Origin: Setoptus koraiensis
Taxonomy: Eukaryota; Animalia; Arthropoda
DNA: 64,000 bases
Direction of reading: 5' to 3'
Assembly (NCBI GenBank): GCA_048013815.1
Contig: CM106585.1
Span: forward strand, 15,314,001 to 15,378,000
The notes under the pieces were generated by a model. The model saw only the letters and a list, made by a program, of their open reading frames with translations. It ran no database searches and was not told the DNA's origin. The first letter of the stretch is position 1; each line of letters starts with the position of its first letter. Positions 36,029 through 49,143 of the stretch are shown in pieces. The position numbers and the translations under genes are program-made.

Positions 36029-38098
36029 TTTAGTCTGTTTGTTGTATTTCGTTGGATCTACCTTAGACATAATTTGGTATATTTCACAATAGATCAGGCC
36101 GCTCTGTTGTCGTTTGGAGCCACTGATCGATTGTTTTGTAATAATACTGTTCTTTTGTCAGGAGTGTAAATTGTCTCGTGCTTGTCGTTTCCCTAAAATT
36201 ATCCCTCTACACCATTCGTCCATAATCACTTTCTCAATCCGCGCGCCATATTGTTTGACGTGTAAGGCCATATTCTAGTTAGAGATGATGTCCACGAGAG
36301 ATGTTTGTTGTAGCTTTTTGAACCAGTTAATCTGTATCAGGCCAAAAGATTTAGGAATAGCATAGCTAATTTACATACATACAACTGATGAGAATACAAC
36401 CCGATTAGATAATCTTGATCAGCATACGCTAAATAGATCTTTTTGTATGCAATGCATCACTATGTTTAGAGATTAGATAGATGAGATGGGTAGAGAGTGA
36501 TCTGATTTTCACGTCATATCACATCGTAATCACCTGATGTTGTCCGTACTTTCACCCAGTGGTAATTGATTGCTTTTGCTGATTTTGTGTCGACACAGAT
36601 TGACAGTGACTTCCTTTAAGGCTGGCTCATGGAGAATCTGTCTGTCTATTTGTAAACTCACTCTCTGTGCGATGGAACCCTCTTGAGAACTAATCTCGTC
36701 AATTGACATCATCATCTATATCTTATCATCGATTCCTGATTGATTTTTTCCATCTCATGTTGTTTCCTTTTCTCTTGCATACATCTCACTCGTCCGACGA
36801 AAAAAAGAGCAAGAAACCCTTTCGAAGAAATACCTCACAACAGTTACAATTTCATACTACTCCTACCCCCAATCTTATAATACTCTTTTGTTTTGTTAAC
36901 TCCTATGTAAATATCAATCCATCATGTTGCGTGTTTTTCCTTTCTAAACGTTCCAATTTAAAAGTCCTCCTTGGTGCTCTCACTTTTGGGTTATTGTTGA
37001 TATTGTGTGTGTGTGTGTGTAACAAACTATTGATGGTTGATGCTGTGTCAATGTTGTTGTTGTTTCGATTGTTATAAGATTCACTATTGACTTGCCAAGT
37101 CCTATGTCTTACTACTTCTCACTCAACTTGATGATTTTTTTTTATATTTATTTTTGGAGATTCTTGACGCTCCGATAACAATTGGAATTCCCTTGGATCA
37201 AATATTTTTGGCTTAGCACAACATCACAGGCTTAGGACATATATGGCAAATCAATGTCAATTTCAACTACAACGAAACCACTTGACACATCGTTTGTTCA
37301 CCGACACATACATGACAACTTGGGCACAACAGTTATATTTCCTTATTTGGTCATCCTAATAAATTTAACAAACACATTTTCAACCATTGTAGTCTCTAAA
37401 GTAGGCCTAATATCTCATTTAAATTTGTTATTTGCGCTCAATATCCGCTCTATATCCCAGGCGCGCTTTACTATCAATCCAGAGCTTTCCCCTAGCGAAT
37501 CTCATTATGGAAACTACACATCGGTGGCTAACCAAGATGCCAACAGTGAGCAACTTATCAAACACATGCGTAGACCCGTAGAGATCTCAGGCAACCATAG
37601 GTGTTTTTCTTTTTGTAAAAATCTAGATGGTCATAGTAGAATCCTTAGAGAGTCAGTATGGTCACTATACAATTGCAAAAATTCAATTTATCTCTATTTG
37701 TCTCTACACGTTGTTGTGATCATCCCTTTGCCTCATTACTCGTGTCTTATGTAATAGAATAAATTTGTATTTAGGCGATTGTAGTCATCTATCCGTCACA
37801 CAACCATGTCTGTGTGTATATGTTTGCATGTGGTACTTGAAGAATATACCGTTAAACGATTCCACTTTCAAGCTCATTGTAATTGATTAGAAAAGTTGTT
37901 TCGTAATGTGACTTCCCAACAACAGAGCTATAGTACACATCGTTGCTAATTTGTTACCATACCACGTTATATAATTAACTACTCACTATGAAGAGTTGTT
38001 TGTGCGAGATATTAGATTTGTCTCCAATCTCCAACATATCAGCAATAATAATAATAAAAAGTTATACTGCCAGGGCTAATATGTACCAACAATTATTG

Positions 38099-38132
<34 letters not shown>

Positions 38133-38450
38133 GTAGTAATAATAATAATAGTTATAATAATAATAATAATTATGTAATAATAATGATAATAATAATATCA
38201 ATAATGACAATAGCATTAATAATAGCAATAATGGTAATAATATAATAGCAATGATAATAATAATAATATAATTATCAATAATAATAATAGTGATAATAAT
38301 AGTAATATCAATAGTTGTTGTAATAATAATTGTGTAGTAAATCAATCAATCAATTGTTTGTTAGATTACATCAGAGTTTTGTTGTCATTTGTTGATGTCG
38401 GTATTTCGTTGTTGTCTTTTGTGATGTGGTTGATGTTGGTGTAATTTGTT

Positions 38451-41400
38451 CTAGTTCATCTTCTTTTTAGCAAGCAACATTTCCATGAGTAAAGTTTGCG
38501 TTGGCGCCATTCCGGCTGCATGCTTGAAATAAAGAAAGTCCTCTCCTCTTTCTGCAATCGCTCTGAGATCTGGCAAGACGTCCATTAATTGTCTGAACTT
38601 GTCCTAATTGGCGCAATCGAGTGAAAGGTAAAAATAAATTATAATAAATGTGTGTGATTAGTATGAGTAGCATTGGCATTGAACAGAAAAACGACCAGCA
38701 GGAATGCCGGATAATAGTGGTATAAGCAACAATCACTTACTGGTATCTGTGGGTAGAAATTGACACAAAACTCGAGAAGGGCCTGCTGGGTCTGATCGTA
38801 GGCTTCGGTGACTATCTTGTAATTGTTGAGTCCTCTTACATCTATCGGGTTAGAGTGTATGTGAATAGAAGTATCGTGTGGTCAGTATGTGAAGATGAAT
38901 AATAATAATAATAATAATGATAATACCATGCTAATGATATCACAGTGATAATATCACAAGAATCAGTAATACTGTATATGACAGGGGCACTTACTTGGAC
39001 TGAGTAAAATCAAGAATTTCAGACAAGCGTAGTCGATGGTGTCAAATTTTAGATCCTGAAGAGTAACGGTCAATTGATGAAGCTGGTCAGCGGCTTGAGT
39101 GACACCTAAGAGGGCCAGTGTTAATAGTTCAAACTTTTGTCCATTGGGCAGTGCAGTGTCGTCGGCCAATCCATTGTGCATCCGTTGGTGTATGTGATCG
39201 ATGAGTAACATGTCCGACCAAGAGTGTTGCAACAGTTTCATTTGATCGTCCACCTGAACAACGAATATCGCGAATAACAAGCGCGCATGGTAGAGCGCAT
39301 TGTGGAGAGCAAAATATTGAATTGTTATTAATTTGTTGCTATATTACATAACATGTAGACTGAAGATTGCATAAACGGAGACAGTCGACATAGAGCGAGC
39401 TAATGAACTGTGGACACTCAACAACGTCGGGCCCCATCAACCGACAGACGAGACGGGGGTCCGGCTGAGAACAAACTGTGAAGCGTCGAGGGGGCACATC
39501 ACAGAGACAAGAAACCTGCCGATAACAATAAAAAACAGAGAAATCTATTTTTGTGTGTAGGCACGCACGCACACACACACACGTACAAAAGTGGTCATTT
39601 TGACACACTCACACGCATTCTGGTCGCACAGATTTAATTAGCGAGATAAGCGTTTCATTTGGCTCGTCAGTTTGTTGTGGCCGTGTCTGGTTAGTGGATA
39701 ATGTTTGCATAAATTAGCATGAGAGCAGCCAACACACACAACAATCATCTGGGCTCATTACGGTCATTGAGTTGATTGCAACGGGCCGAGATGATTTCGA
39801 GCGGCAGCCATTGACTCGCTGGCGCCTGGACGTGGCCAGTTGCGCAATGTGTAGCCAGTTGTTGGCCGGCGCCACCAACAGGCTCTATATTAGACTTGGC
39901 ACACTTGATATTGGCATTACGTTGGATATTAAAAGGCGGCAGCGTATAAATGGCGCGTATGAAAGCCAACTAGCGAACAACAACAACAACAGGTCGATTG
40001 TTCTTGAGTGGCGTCTAGTTGCAATCTGCTCTGTTTGGCGTCGCAACAGCGCACAGGTGGCAGTTGCAGTGTAGACTGGCGCTGGTTGTGCGCTGCCAAC
40101 GACAACAACAGCAACAGCGACAGCAACAACGTAATCGGCTTAGCTAGCTCGCGATCGCAAGCTGGCCAACCGACACACAACTGTTTCAACATTCAAAGGC
40201 GGTGGTCGTGAAAGCGTATGGCTAATCTTGGTTGTCTGCACTCTGGCGAGAGCAACTTTTTTACTCTTACTCTCGCTTTCACTCTCGCTTTTACTTTCAC
40301 TAACAACAACAGCAGCAACAACAACAACAACATCGCTGAGCCAGCCGCACACACACAACAAAAGTACAAAATTAGCTTAAACTTGAACTCGCCAATCAAC
40401 CATCAAGTTTCGCTGCATGCATTTTCGTTCGCTCGCTCGCACACACCGACGGCGACACACAAGCGACGGTGATGTTGATTGCCAGCGCGCTGGCTGGCAA
40501 ACAACAAAAATAAACTTCCCTCGGTCGCTCGGTCGCTCGCTAACTCACTAACTAGCGACTACATGTATAGCCAGCCAGATAGATGTATAGCCAGCCAGAT
40601 AGATGTATAGCCAGTGCCAGCGAGAGAGCCAACCAGCCAACGAGCGGCGGTTGTGTAATGGTTGTAATGAGCGAGTTTGTTTGGCTGCTGCGAGCCAGCC
40701 AACAACGACGCTTCAGGAGGCCTAATATAGTAGTGAATGGCTGGCTTGCATCATAATGATTTCTGTTGTGATAGTGGCTGCGTTGTTAGCGCTCTTGAAT
40801 AATGCGTGTGTGTGTGTATGCACGACTCTCGCTGGCGGTGAGCGCCGGTGGCTTGCCACTGGCAGCGGCAGAACTGCTGCGCTGATTTATCATTGATCAT
40901 AACTAAGCGAATTCCATCGCCGCCACAGACCGAGCCATCGAGGCGAACAACAAGCTATCGCGAGGCGAGCAACTGCGTGAGGCGAACAGCGTCGCCAGCA
41001 ACACAATGGCCAAAGAGGACCCGGCTAAATCAACAAGTCACATTGGCCAGCGAGCGAATGGAGCCGCAATTCAAAACGACGGAACAATTTTAATAGACCG
41101 GTCAGCCATTGGGCACACAGGCTGGCAAAATGGCAGCGCTGGCAGCACGGCAACACATGGACACGGCCGGCGATCATGCAACAGCCGACGTGGGCACGGC
41201 TCATGTGCGAGCCATTATCGAGTGTGTGTTAGCGAGAGAGAGACAGGTTGCGGCGGCGAGATTGGAATGGCGCAACGAAGCGGCGTGCGCCAGCAGTGAA
41301 CTTGAATTCAAGTTATGTAATAATAACCATTTACTGCTGGCACCGCTGCCGCCGCTGCCAGAGAAGCCGCGGCTCATGCTGCAAGAAGAGCACGCATGCT

Positions 41401-44400
41401 TGCGTTTCCTCAGGTTGTGCGCGGCTCGGTGTGTCTCAGTTGTGGCAGCAATTCGGACGGTGTTATCATGATTAGCAGCGGCAGCGGCAGCAGCACCGAG
41501 GAAGGCCACACAAAGAAGCAGCAACCTCGCTTTCCTAGCAACAAAAGTGCCAGCGCTGGAGCCAGCTAGCCAGACGGACACGATGAGCTGGAGCTAAAGC
41601 TCCGAAAAGACGCCGGCTAATCCGGGCCACTCGCTAGTGGCCGCTACAAAAAATAGCACCACCGCCATAATAATAATGGCAACCAAAACAACAACAACAG
41701 CCAAAGCCGGCAGCCAGCAGCGAAACCATCCCAGACGGAGAAAAGAAACAGAGGGAGAGAGAGAGAGACTTCCAGTGGCGCAATGTGGAAGCCGACAATT
41801 TAAGGCTAAGCCAGCGAGCGTTGGCTTCCCAAAAGCCATTTGCGACTAAAAAGCAGCAGCAGCTTTCACTCTTTCTTATCTGCGCTCGCTGGCTGGCTGC
41901 GATGGCTGCGATAGCAGATACCGAGTGCAGCCGAGAATGAGCTTTGGGAATCGTTTTAAGCTGGGCCGAGCGAGCGAGCAGCCAAGCAGCCAGAAATGTT
42001 ATATCATTGGCGGCCGGGCTGTGAGTTGACGACGACGACGAAATTCACGACCAGCCGATTACGACACAACAGTGCGTTTTACACAATGGCTTCTCAATGG
42101 AGAGTGGCTGGTTTCGCTGGCTGAGCCGGCGCGCACACAGCCGGAGAAAGTTGCTTGCTGTTGCAGGCAACCACTGTGGCATTTCGGCTCGTCGCAACAA
42201 CAACAACAACAACAACAACAGCAACAACAACAACACAATGAGCGCTCGCTGTCAAGTACAACAAGTGCCACCGACACTGAAAAAGCTGAAAAAAGCCATT
42301 GCTCGGATTATGCGAGCCATATAGGCAACTTGCTCAATGGCCAAAGTGTTGCGTAAGACGAATGAATGGACGGCTGCCATTGCTGACATTTTGCGCTGAC
42401 TGCGCCCGACGCGATACGCGACTCGCACTTGCCAGCCAGCCAGCCAGGCGCGCATTGCCCGCCTGTGGGCTATATATAAACAATTGCAGTCGGCCCGGCC
42501 ATCTCACAAGTGTTGTGACTTCTGGCCGGCGGGCCGGCAGTTGCCGCTGGAACGTCGCTGGCAATCGTTGCGCACACGCCCCCGGCCGGCCGTTTTCGGC
42601 CCTTCTTTTCCTCCTCCATCAGCGACCATTTTATCCGGCTAGCGAAAGTCGAACGCTCGCACTGACGCGCCCGGTCTTGGCGGCCGCTGGCGTCTGCTCA
42701 TTGTCGGCGGGCCAGCCAAAGCATTAGCGGCAAAATAAACATGGCCGCTGCCAGTTGGCCACTTGCCACTATTTTATGCTCGCCAGTAATTATCGCCAGT
42801 GCGCAGCGCAATTTGCGTTAATCAATTTGCGATTCATTCAGGCGCTGCGCGATATTTGCGATATCAGCGCAATCGCCGAGTTGTTGTTGTTGTTGTTGTT
42901 GTTGTTGCTGCTGCTGTTGCTGTTGCCAGCTTGTTAGAGCCACCAGCGCGCAGTCGAATCGCAATGGCGGCCGGCGAGAAGCGGCAATTGCAAGCGAAAT
43001 TGGAATTGGCGAGCGTATTTTAAGTTTCAAGCTGACAGCGTCAGGCCAGTAGAGGTAGCAATAATAGGCATGCGTTCGTTTCGTTCGTTCGCTCGCTCGC
43101 TCGCTGGTTCTTTCGCCGTTCTCTGGCTGTTCGGCTGTTAATAAGTCAGGGTTAACGATATATCGGTATATTTTCGACACACACACGGCTTGGTCGTTGC
43201 CTCGCAACAGGCAAACGACGCAACGAACGACGTTCGCGACAGCGCTCGCTTAATACGCCGGCCGGCCGGCCAGCCTGCATTGTACGCCGACGCCATTATA
43301 CAGCGCAGTTACGGGCAAGGTTAGTGTGGTAGCGGCGACAATCTGGGCAACTTTCACTCGATATATTCGAGCGAGAGTGCATGCCAGCGAGACCGAGAGA
43401 GAGCGAGAGAGCTAAAATTACGACGCCGACGACGGAGACGGCGACAAAGAATTGCGGTCAAGGTATGCAAGTTAATCACTAACTTGTTAGAGCGGCACCA
43501 GTGCGCAGTGCGCTCAAAATTGTTGTTTTGCCATTACGTCGTCGTTGCCGCCGCCGCCGCCGCCGTACTGTTATGTAACAGCGGCAACAGGATTGAGCAG
43601 TATTGCACTTGTAACATCGACAGTTGCCGCTTAAATAAGTCATGGCTCCAATGTAGTGGTGCGAGCGTGTGTGTGTGTGTGTGGAAATGAGTTCACTCTC
43701 TACTTTCACTTTTCAATGCACTGTCGTCGGCTATAAATATATTACCATTCAATTATGACACTCGCTGGCTGGCTCGCAATGCAAACAGAGAGAGTGGAAT
43801 TATCAGATTTTGATGGCTCAACGAGCGACACCAGAGAGCAGAGAAAATGTCGCCGCTAATCAGATGGACAGAAATAGATGTTTGTTTGCTTGTGTGCGCG
43901 CTTGTGTGTGAGCCTAGCCGAGATAGCCTAGAAATTGAATTAGTTCGATTAGTTACATAATCAACGTTGTCATTATCATTAGACGGGCCGGCCTGATGAT
44001 GGCTCACATTTACATCAAGAGCACACACACTAATTATGTGTGCCAATCGATAAAGTTAAAAAATGATTATAATGATGATTGGCGTGTAGCGACTCTCATG
44101 GTGTTTGTGTGTGTGTGTGTGCCCAACGCAATGAGTAGGCGAGCGGCGATGACGGGCTCGCGGACTCGCGCGCTCAATTACGATGTCAGCGCAATGGCGG
44201 TTAGGCAACAAGAGCCAATTGAGCAAAAAAGTAAAATTGGAACGATAACTGTAACTGTGTGCGCGATGACACTAGCGCCGCCAGTCACACTGTGACACAC
44301 AGTGACTGTGTACACTTAATCATGATACTTAGACGGATGATGGTGTTCTAATTTGCTTCATTGTCACCAGCGCAACGACACACTATGAGAATATCACTAG

Positions 44401-45548
44401 GAGAATGATCATCATCAAACTCACACAAATGTAGCCAACAACAAATGGGAGAGATTTCATCGGGCCGCTGATTGCGATCTGAATAATCACTTTCGCTACT
44501 ACTTGTTCTCAATGCGCGCGCTGCCTGCTCCACTAATAGATAATCTAGCCGACGTCTAGGCCGAGTCGCGCCTTGCTCCCAATGGCGCTCTCTCTCGCTC
44601 TCGCTCTCGCAACGACAAATGCATCGACAACTAAAGCAGCAACCTAATGAGCCAGTGGGGCGCACACAGTCTGTCTAGATGAAACGTCGCGCTGCATGGG
44701 AATGTGTCATACGAGTCCGCCATAGTTTGTGGTCTAGTCACATAGGATAGTGCGCGAGAGCGCGTGCGTGTGCCCTACTGACCTAGTTAACTGTAAACAC
44801 AACTTCAATAGTCCTCCGTCGGCGTATTCACACAGGCGACACAAACACATCGTGCCGTCGCTGTTGTTGTTGCCGTTGTCGTAGTCGCTGTTGTTGCCGT
44901 TGTTGTTGTCGTCGTTGTTATTGTTGTGCAACACTGGTGTGGTACACGTTTTTATTTAGCGCACACCGTTTGTAATGACGGAATCGTTGTTGTGTGCTAA
45001 CGGTCCTCACAGTCATTACATAAAATTAGGCGCAATAGGAACACTGTGTTAGTGCGATGGCAAAACAGACTCATGCGAAAGGCTCCGGCGCTGTCGTGCC
45101 TTGTGGCTGCCGCTGAACGCACATATCCGGCAGCTCCCATGGCTTGAAAAGGCTCCCAATAATGGTTTCGCCCTCTATATATACTATATCCAGTATATAG
45201 TATACACATATATGTAGTATACGCATGTCTGCTGCACAATGTCGCGCGATGTGTGGGAAAGGGTTGCCCTTCATTCGGTATTTTTGTCATCCTCGTTGCA
45301 TTTGTCGCCATTCCTCCAAGAACAATAACACAAGAGCAAGATGATGCATCCATCTGTTTCGTCGCCAACACTTTCTCATGCCTCCTGTTACCCCGCCGAC
45401 CAGGCAGCATTGCTCCCAGTCGGCCCGCGCCCCTCGCCCCGCACACAACAGCAGGCCCACTGTTAACTGTGTTACGTAACAGTGCCAACAGTGTCTAAAA
45501 GTGGTATGAGCTATATCAATGATATAATATCATTAAGCTGACTGCCAC

Positions 45549-45582
<34 letters not shown>

Positions 45583-48500
45583 TGTTTTTGTTGCTGCTGT
45601 CGTTGCTGCTGCTGTCGTTGTTGTTGTTGTTGTTGTTGTTGTTATGAGCGTAGCTAACAGTGCATGAGCAACCGATAATCGTACAACTACCAGCAACAAC
45701 GACAACTACCACAGACACAAAGCAACGCAATCAAAATCTATGCTACTCGTGTGTCTGATGACTAGTCGCCATTTGTTGTTGTTGCTACCAGCGGCGAAGC
45801 CAAACTAAAACGAAAGAAATGGTTCGATTGTGGCACAGTTGTCAGCTAGAAACACAATATGCAACCAATATCTCGACAATAATACAAGCTGCCAGTTTCA
45901 CGACGACAACTACAACTGCGTTGTTTGGATGCGTATAGATCGAATGTTTATGTGTGTACAATCAATTCTTTATCCCTCTTTCTATCTTTCTGACCATGAA
46001 ACTATGTACATGCATTTTTGTACATTTCTCTGCCATGTGCAAATATGCTCATTGTAATGGTGCTGTGATGCTAACCAATAATGGAAATTCACACTACACC
46101 AGCTTGGCAAATATTGGCCTACGTTCACTTGTTAGCTAGCTGGCTGGCTGGCTTGCCGACTGGCTAGCTAGCACTTTCACTCGATTTTATTTATCTTGGC
46201 CACATCAGCTTACACAACAACGGCAGCAACAAACGCACATAGATATATACAAATATACTATTTGCTCTTTTAGCTAGTTGTTGCAATAACCGATGGATGT
46301 TCGTTATTGTTGTTGCTGCTGTTGCTGTTGTTGTTGTTGTTAGTGTTGTTAGTGTCTCTCAACAACTTTCATCCTCTTGCGCTTAGCTCCGACCGTAAGA
46401 GTGGTGCTCTTTTGGGTCTGCCTGTTTGTCTGTCTGTCTCTCTCTCTTTCCAACTCTATCTATATGTGTGCTATCTAGTGTTCGCGCGTTAGTACTAACG
46501 TTACTACTTTATGCACAGTAATACCTGGGCACTGACCGTTACTTGAATCATGGTCGTACACACAACACACACAAAACAAAAGTGGTCAACAACCTTAGAA
46601 TTGCAAGTGTCAAGGTAACTGAGTTGAACAAGTGTCTGTACCTTCCACCACTAGAGAAGTCATTCACATGGACAGACGAACAGACAGACGATCAAAGAAC
46701 GACTAGATCGAGTGAAATAAAGGGACTAAAAGCTTGTTGTTGGCATACAATTGTTACAGGCACTATTATGATAACCTGCCAGGGAAAAAAAGTTGTTCAT
46801 GAAACCGAGTAACAGTTAACTAACATGGCAACAGCGCGCTTATACCGGTATCATTTATGGTGCTGGTGGTGGTGTTGTTGTAGTTGTTGTTGTTGTTGTT
46901 GTTGGTGTTGTTGCAGCTGTTGCTGTTGTCGCTGGGATGTTCGAGTCAAGTGCGTAAAAGTAAAAGTAACTGTAGTCAAGTTATAGAAAGTGAAAGTGAA
47001 TTGAGTAAAACTTGTTGCTGTCATTGCTGTAGTTTAAAATAAAAGTTACACTGCCAATCTAGTTAGCTGGTCAGCCGGCATGCAAGCCAGCCTAAAGCTC
47101 GTTGAGGCAGCTCTCATAGTATCGAATGAAAAATGATTCGAAATACATGGGACTTTTTTCGGATGCCTTTATGGTGGGAGCTTTTGTACGAAGGCATATG
47201 ATATTGTCTTATAGAGCGATAAATAAATACAAATAGGAGGATGTCGAATGAATGAATTGAAAATACTACTCTTGATTGGTACTTGATTCAATAGATAGGT
47301 TAAAACAAAAATACCACTATTCAAACGACAATTAAAGAGACAAAGATATTATATAATAATAATCTTTCTCAAATGGCTCTCACACACAATATCACAATAG
47401 AGAGAGATCTGTTGTTGAAACTTCATCAGGTGAAAATTTCAACAAGGGAGAGAGAAAAAGAGAGGCAAATTTTCATAATTGTCTTATACTATTGAATCAT
47501 TCTGTAAAAGAATATAAGGAGCCAATTGACAAAATGACGTAACGAGTAGTAATATTAACAACGAAAAAACAACAGATATATTCTGGCTCACTCACCTTCA
47601 ATTCCTTGAAGAAAACACTGTTCCTGGCCCAGTCCACTTGAGCAAATAATGACTGATCAATAACTTTACACATCAATTCGAATAGATCTACTTCACATTG
47701 ATTGTATGTCTGATTATTGAGTAAATTAAATAACTGTGACTGCCAATCTTTGTCGTCTTGTATACTCGATTGCAATTCTCTTATCAATGGTGGTAAATCG
47801 GAAGACATATGCTTAATTAAAGCTGACGTCGTTGATGAACTAGATGAGGCAGAAGGTGATGAAGTAGCGCCTAATAAAGTATCTGTTGCTCCTCTTGTAG
47901 ATTCGGCAGCAGAAGTCTGACAGAGCCCATTAGGTGTCGATGAGTTATTGTTAGACTGTTGTGTAGTTGTTGATAAGGGCGATCCATTAGTGGTATTAGG
48001 TGTATTTGCATTTGAGGTGGTTGTAAAGAGGCCGCCACTACAACTACTATCCCTATTATTTGGCGTATTCAAAGCAGCTAATTGAATTTGATGGTGGGGA
48101 GATGGGCCGCTTTGCGTCGGAAATAGATAATATTGCTGATTGCCGATGGTAACATTATTATTATTTTGGATTGTTGTTGTACTATTATTATTACTATTAT
48201 TGTTGCTATTATTACTATTATTTGTTGTAGATGTTGTTGTCAGATGTTGCTGAACTAACAAGGGCGATGTAGTATGAACGTGATGAAGTTGTTGTTGACT
48301 TGCTCCATTGCCAGAAGAAGTGGACAATGACGATGATGATCCGGTGGCATGATGCAATTGATGCGGATTGGGGTGATTTAAAATAAAATTATTATTGGAT
48401 CCCGTTGCTTGTTGTTGGGTTGATGGTGGCCCAATATTGGCCGATGTCAATGAGGAAGAAGCAGAGGACGATGTGGGCGATGCTGATGGTGCTGCTGAAG

Positions 48501-49143
48501 ATGACGTATTTTGATTATTGTAGGGATTGTTATTAATGCTATTATTTAACATAGTTGCGGAAGCATTGATTAGTGATGATGACGAGGATGATGATGACGG
48601 CGATGAGGCCGATGCCGAGGCTGACGTTCCTGATGAATGATGATGATGATTGTGGTGGTGGTGTCCATGATTAGAGTTGTGATGATGAAGTCCATTGCCA
48701 GTTAATTGAAGATGATGAGTAGTTGGATGATGAGCGGCTATATTATTTAAATGTGCCGCTAGATGATGATTATTGTGATGGTGAGCATGGGCATGGGTTG
48801 GATGATGCGATGCCTGGCGCATAATTTGCATTCTACGCGCTCTATCCCTTTTATACATGGGGCCAAATTTGTTTCTACCACCTCTCATCCGGTCGGCACG
48901 TACGGCCTCTAATTTCATGCCTACCTCAAGGCATTTTTGGAATCTACAATGTGGGCAGCGTTTGCGTTGAGACTTATCTATATGGCAGCTTCTGTCTGCA
49001 ACGCAAGTGTAAACTTTTCTATTTTGTACAGTTCGCTTGAAGAAACCCTTACAAGATTCGCAAGTTAACAGGCCATAATGATAGCCACTAACCCTATCGC
49101 CGCACACCGGGCAAAGTTCTTCTATGCATTCTTTGGTTTCCAT
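38451..49143 (-). CDS. ftz-f1: Nuclear receptor FTZ-F1 (NR5A), ~686 aa
   Basis: Exons (minus strand): 49143-47596, 39253-38995, 38841-38741, 38603-38451 (TAG); total 2061 nt, GT-AG, phases 0/1/0. [38 protein letters not shown]; FTZ-F1 box [26 protein letters not shown]; [25 protein letters not shown]|[16 protein letters not shown]; AF-2 [15 protein letters not shown]. The DBD fits FTZ-F1 rather than HR39. Confidence 0.96.
44779..44790 (-). promoter_or_regulatory. ROR/HR3-type monomeric nuclear receptor element TTAACTAGGTCA in the ftz-f1 intron
   Basis: Exact match to the WWAWNTRGGTCA consensus. Function is inferred only. Confidence 0.4.

Noticed and set aside
37254-37754. 166-aa plus-strand ORF antisense to the ftz-f1 3' region
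   Set aside because: No motif or homology recognised; it probably overlaps the ftz-f1 3' UTR. Cannot be supported without expression data.
39746-39770. CGGTCATTGAGTT as an ecdysone response element (IR1)
   Set aside because: Three mismatches to the RGKTCANTGAMCY consensus; not distinguishable from chance.
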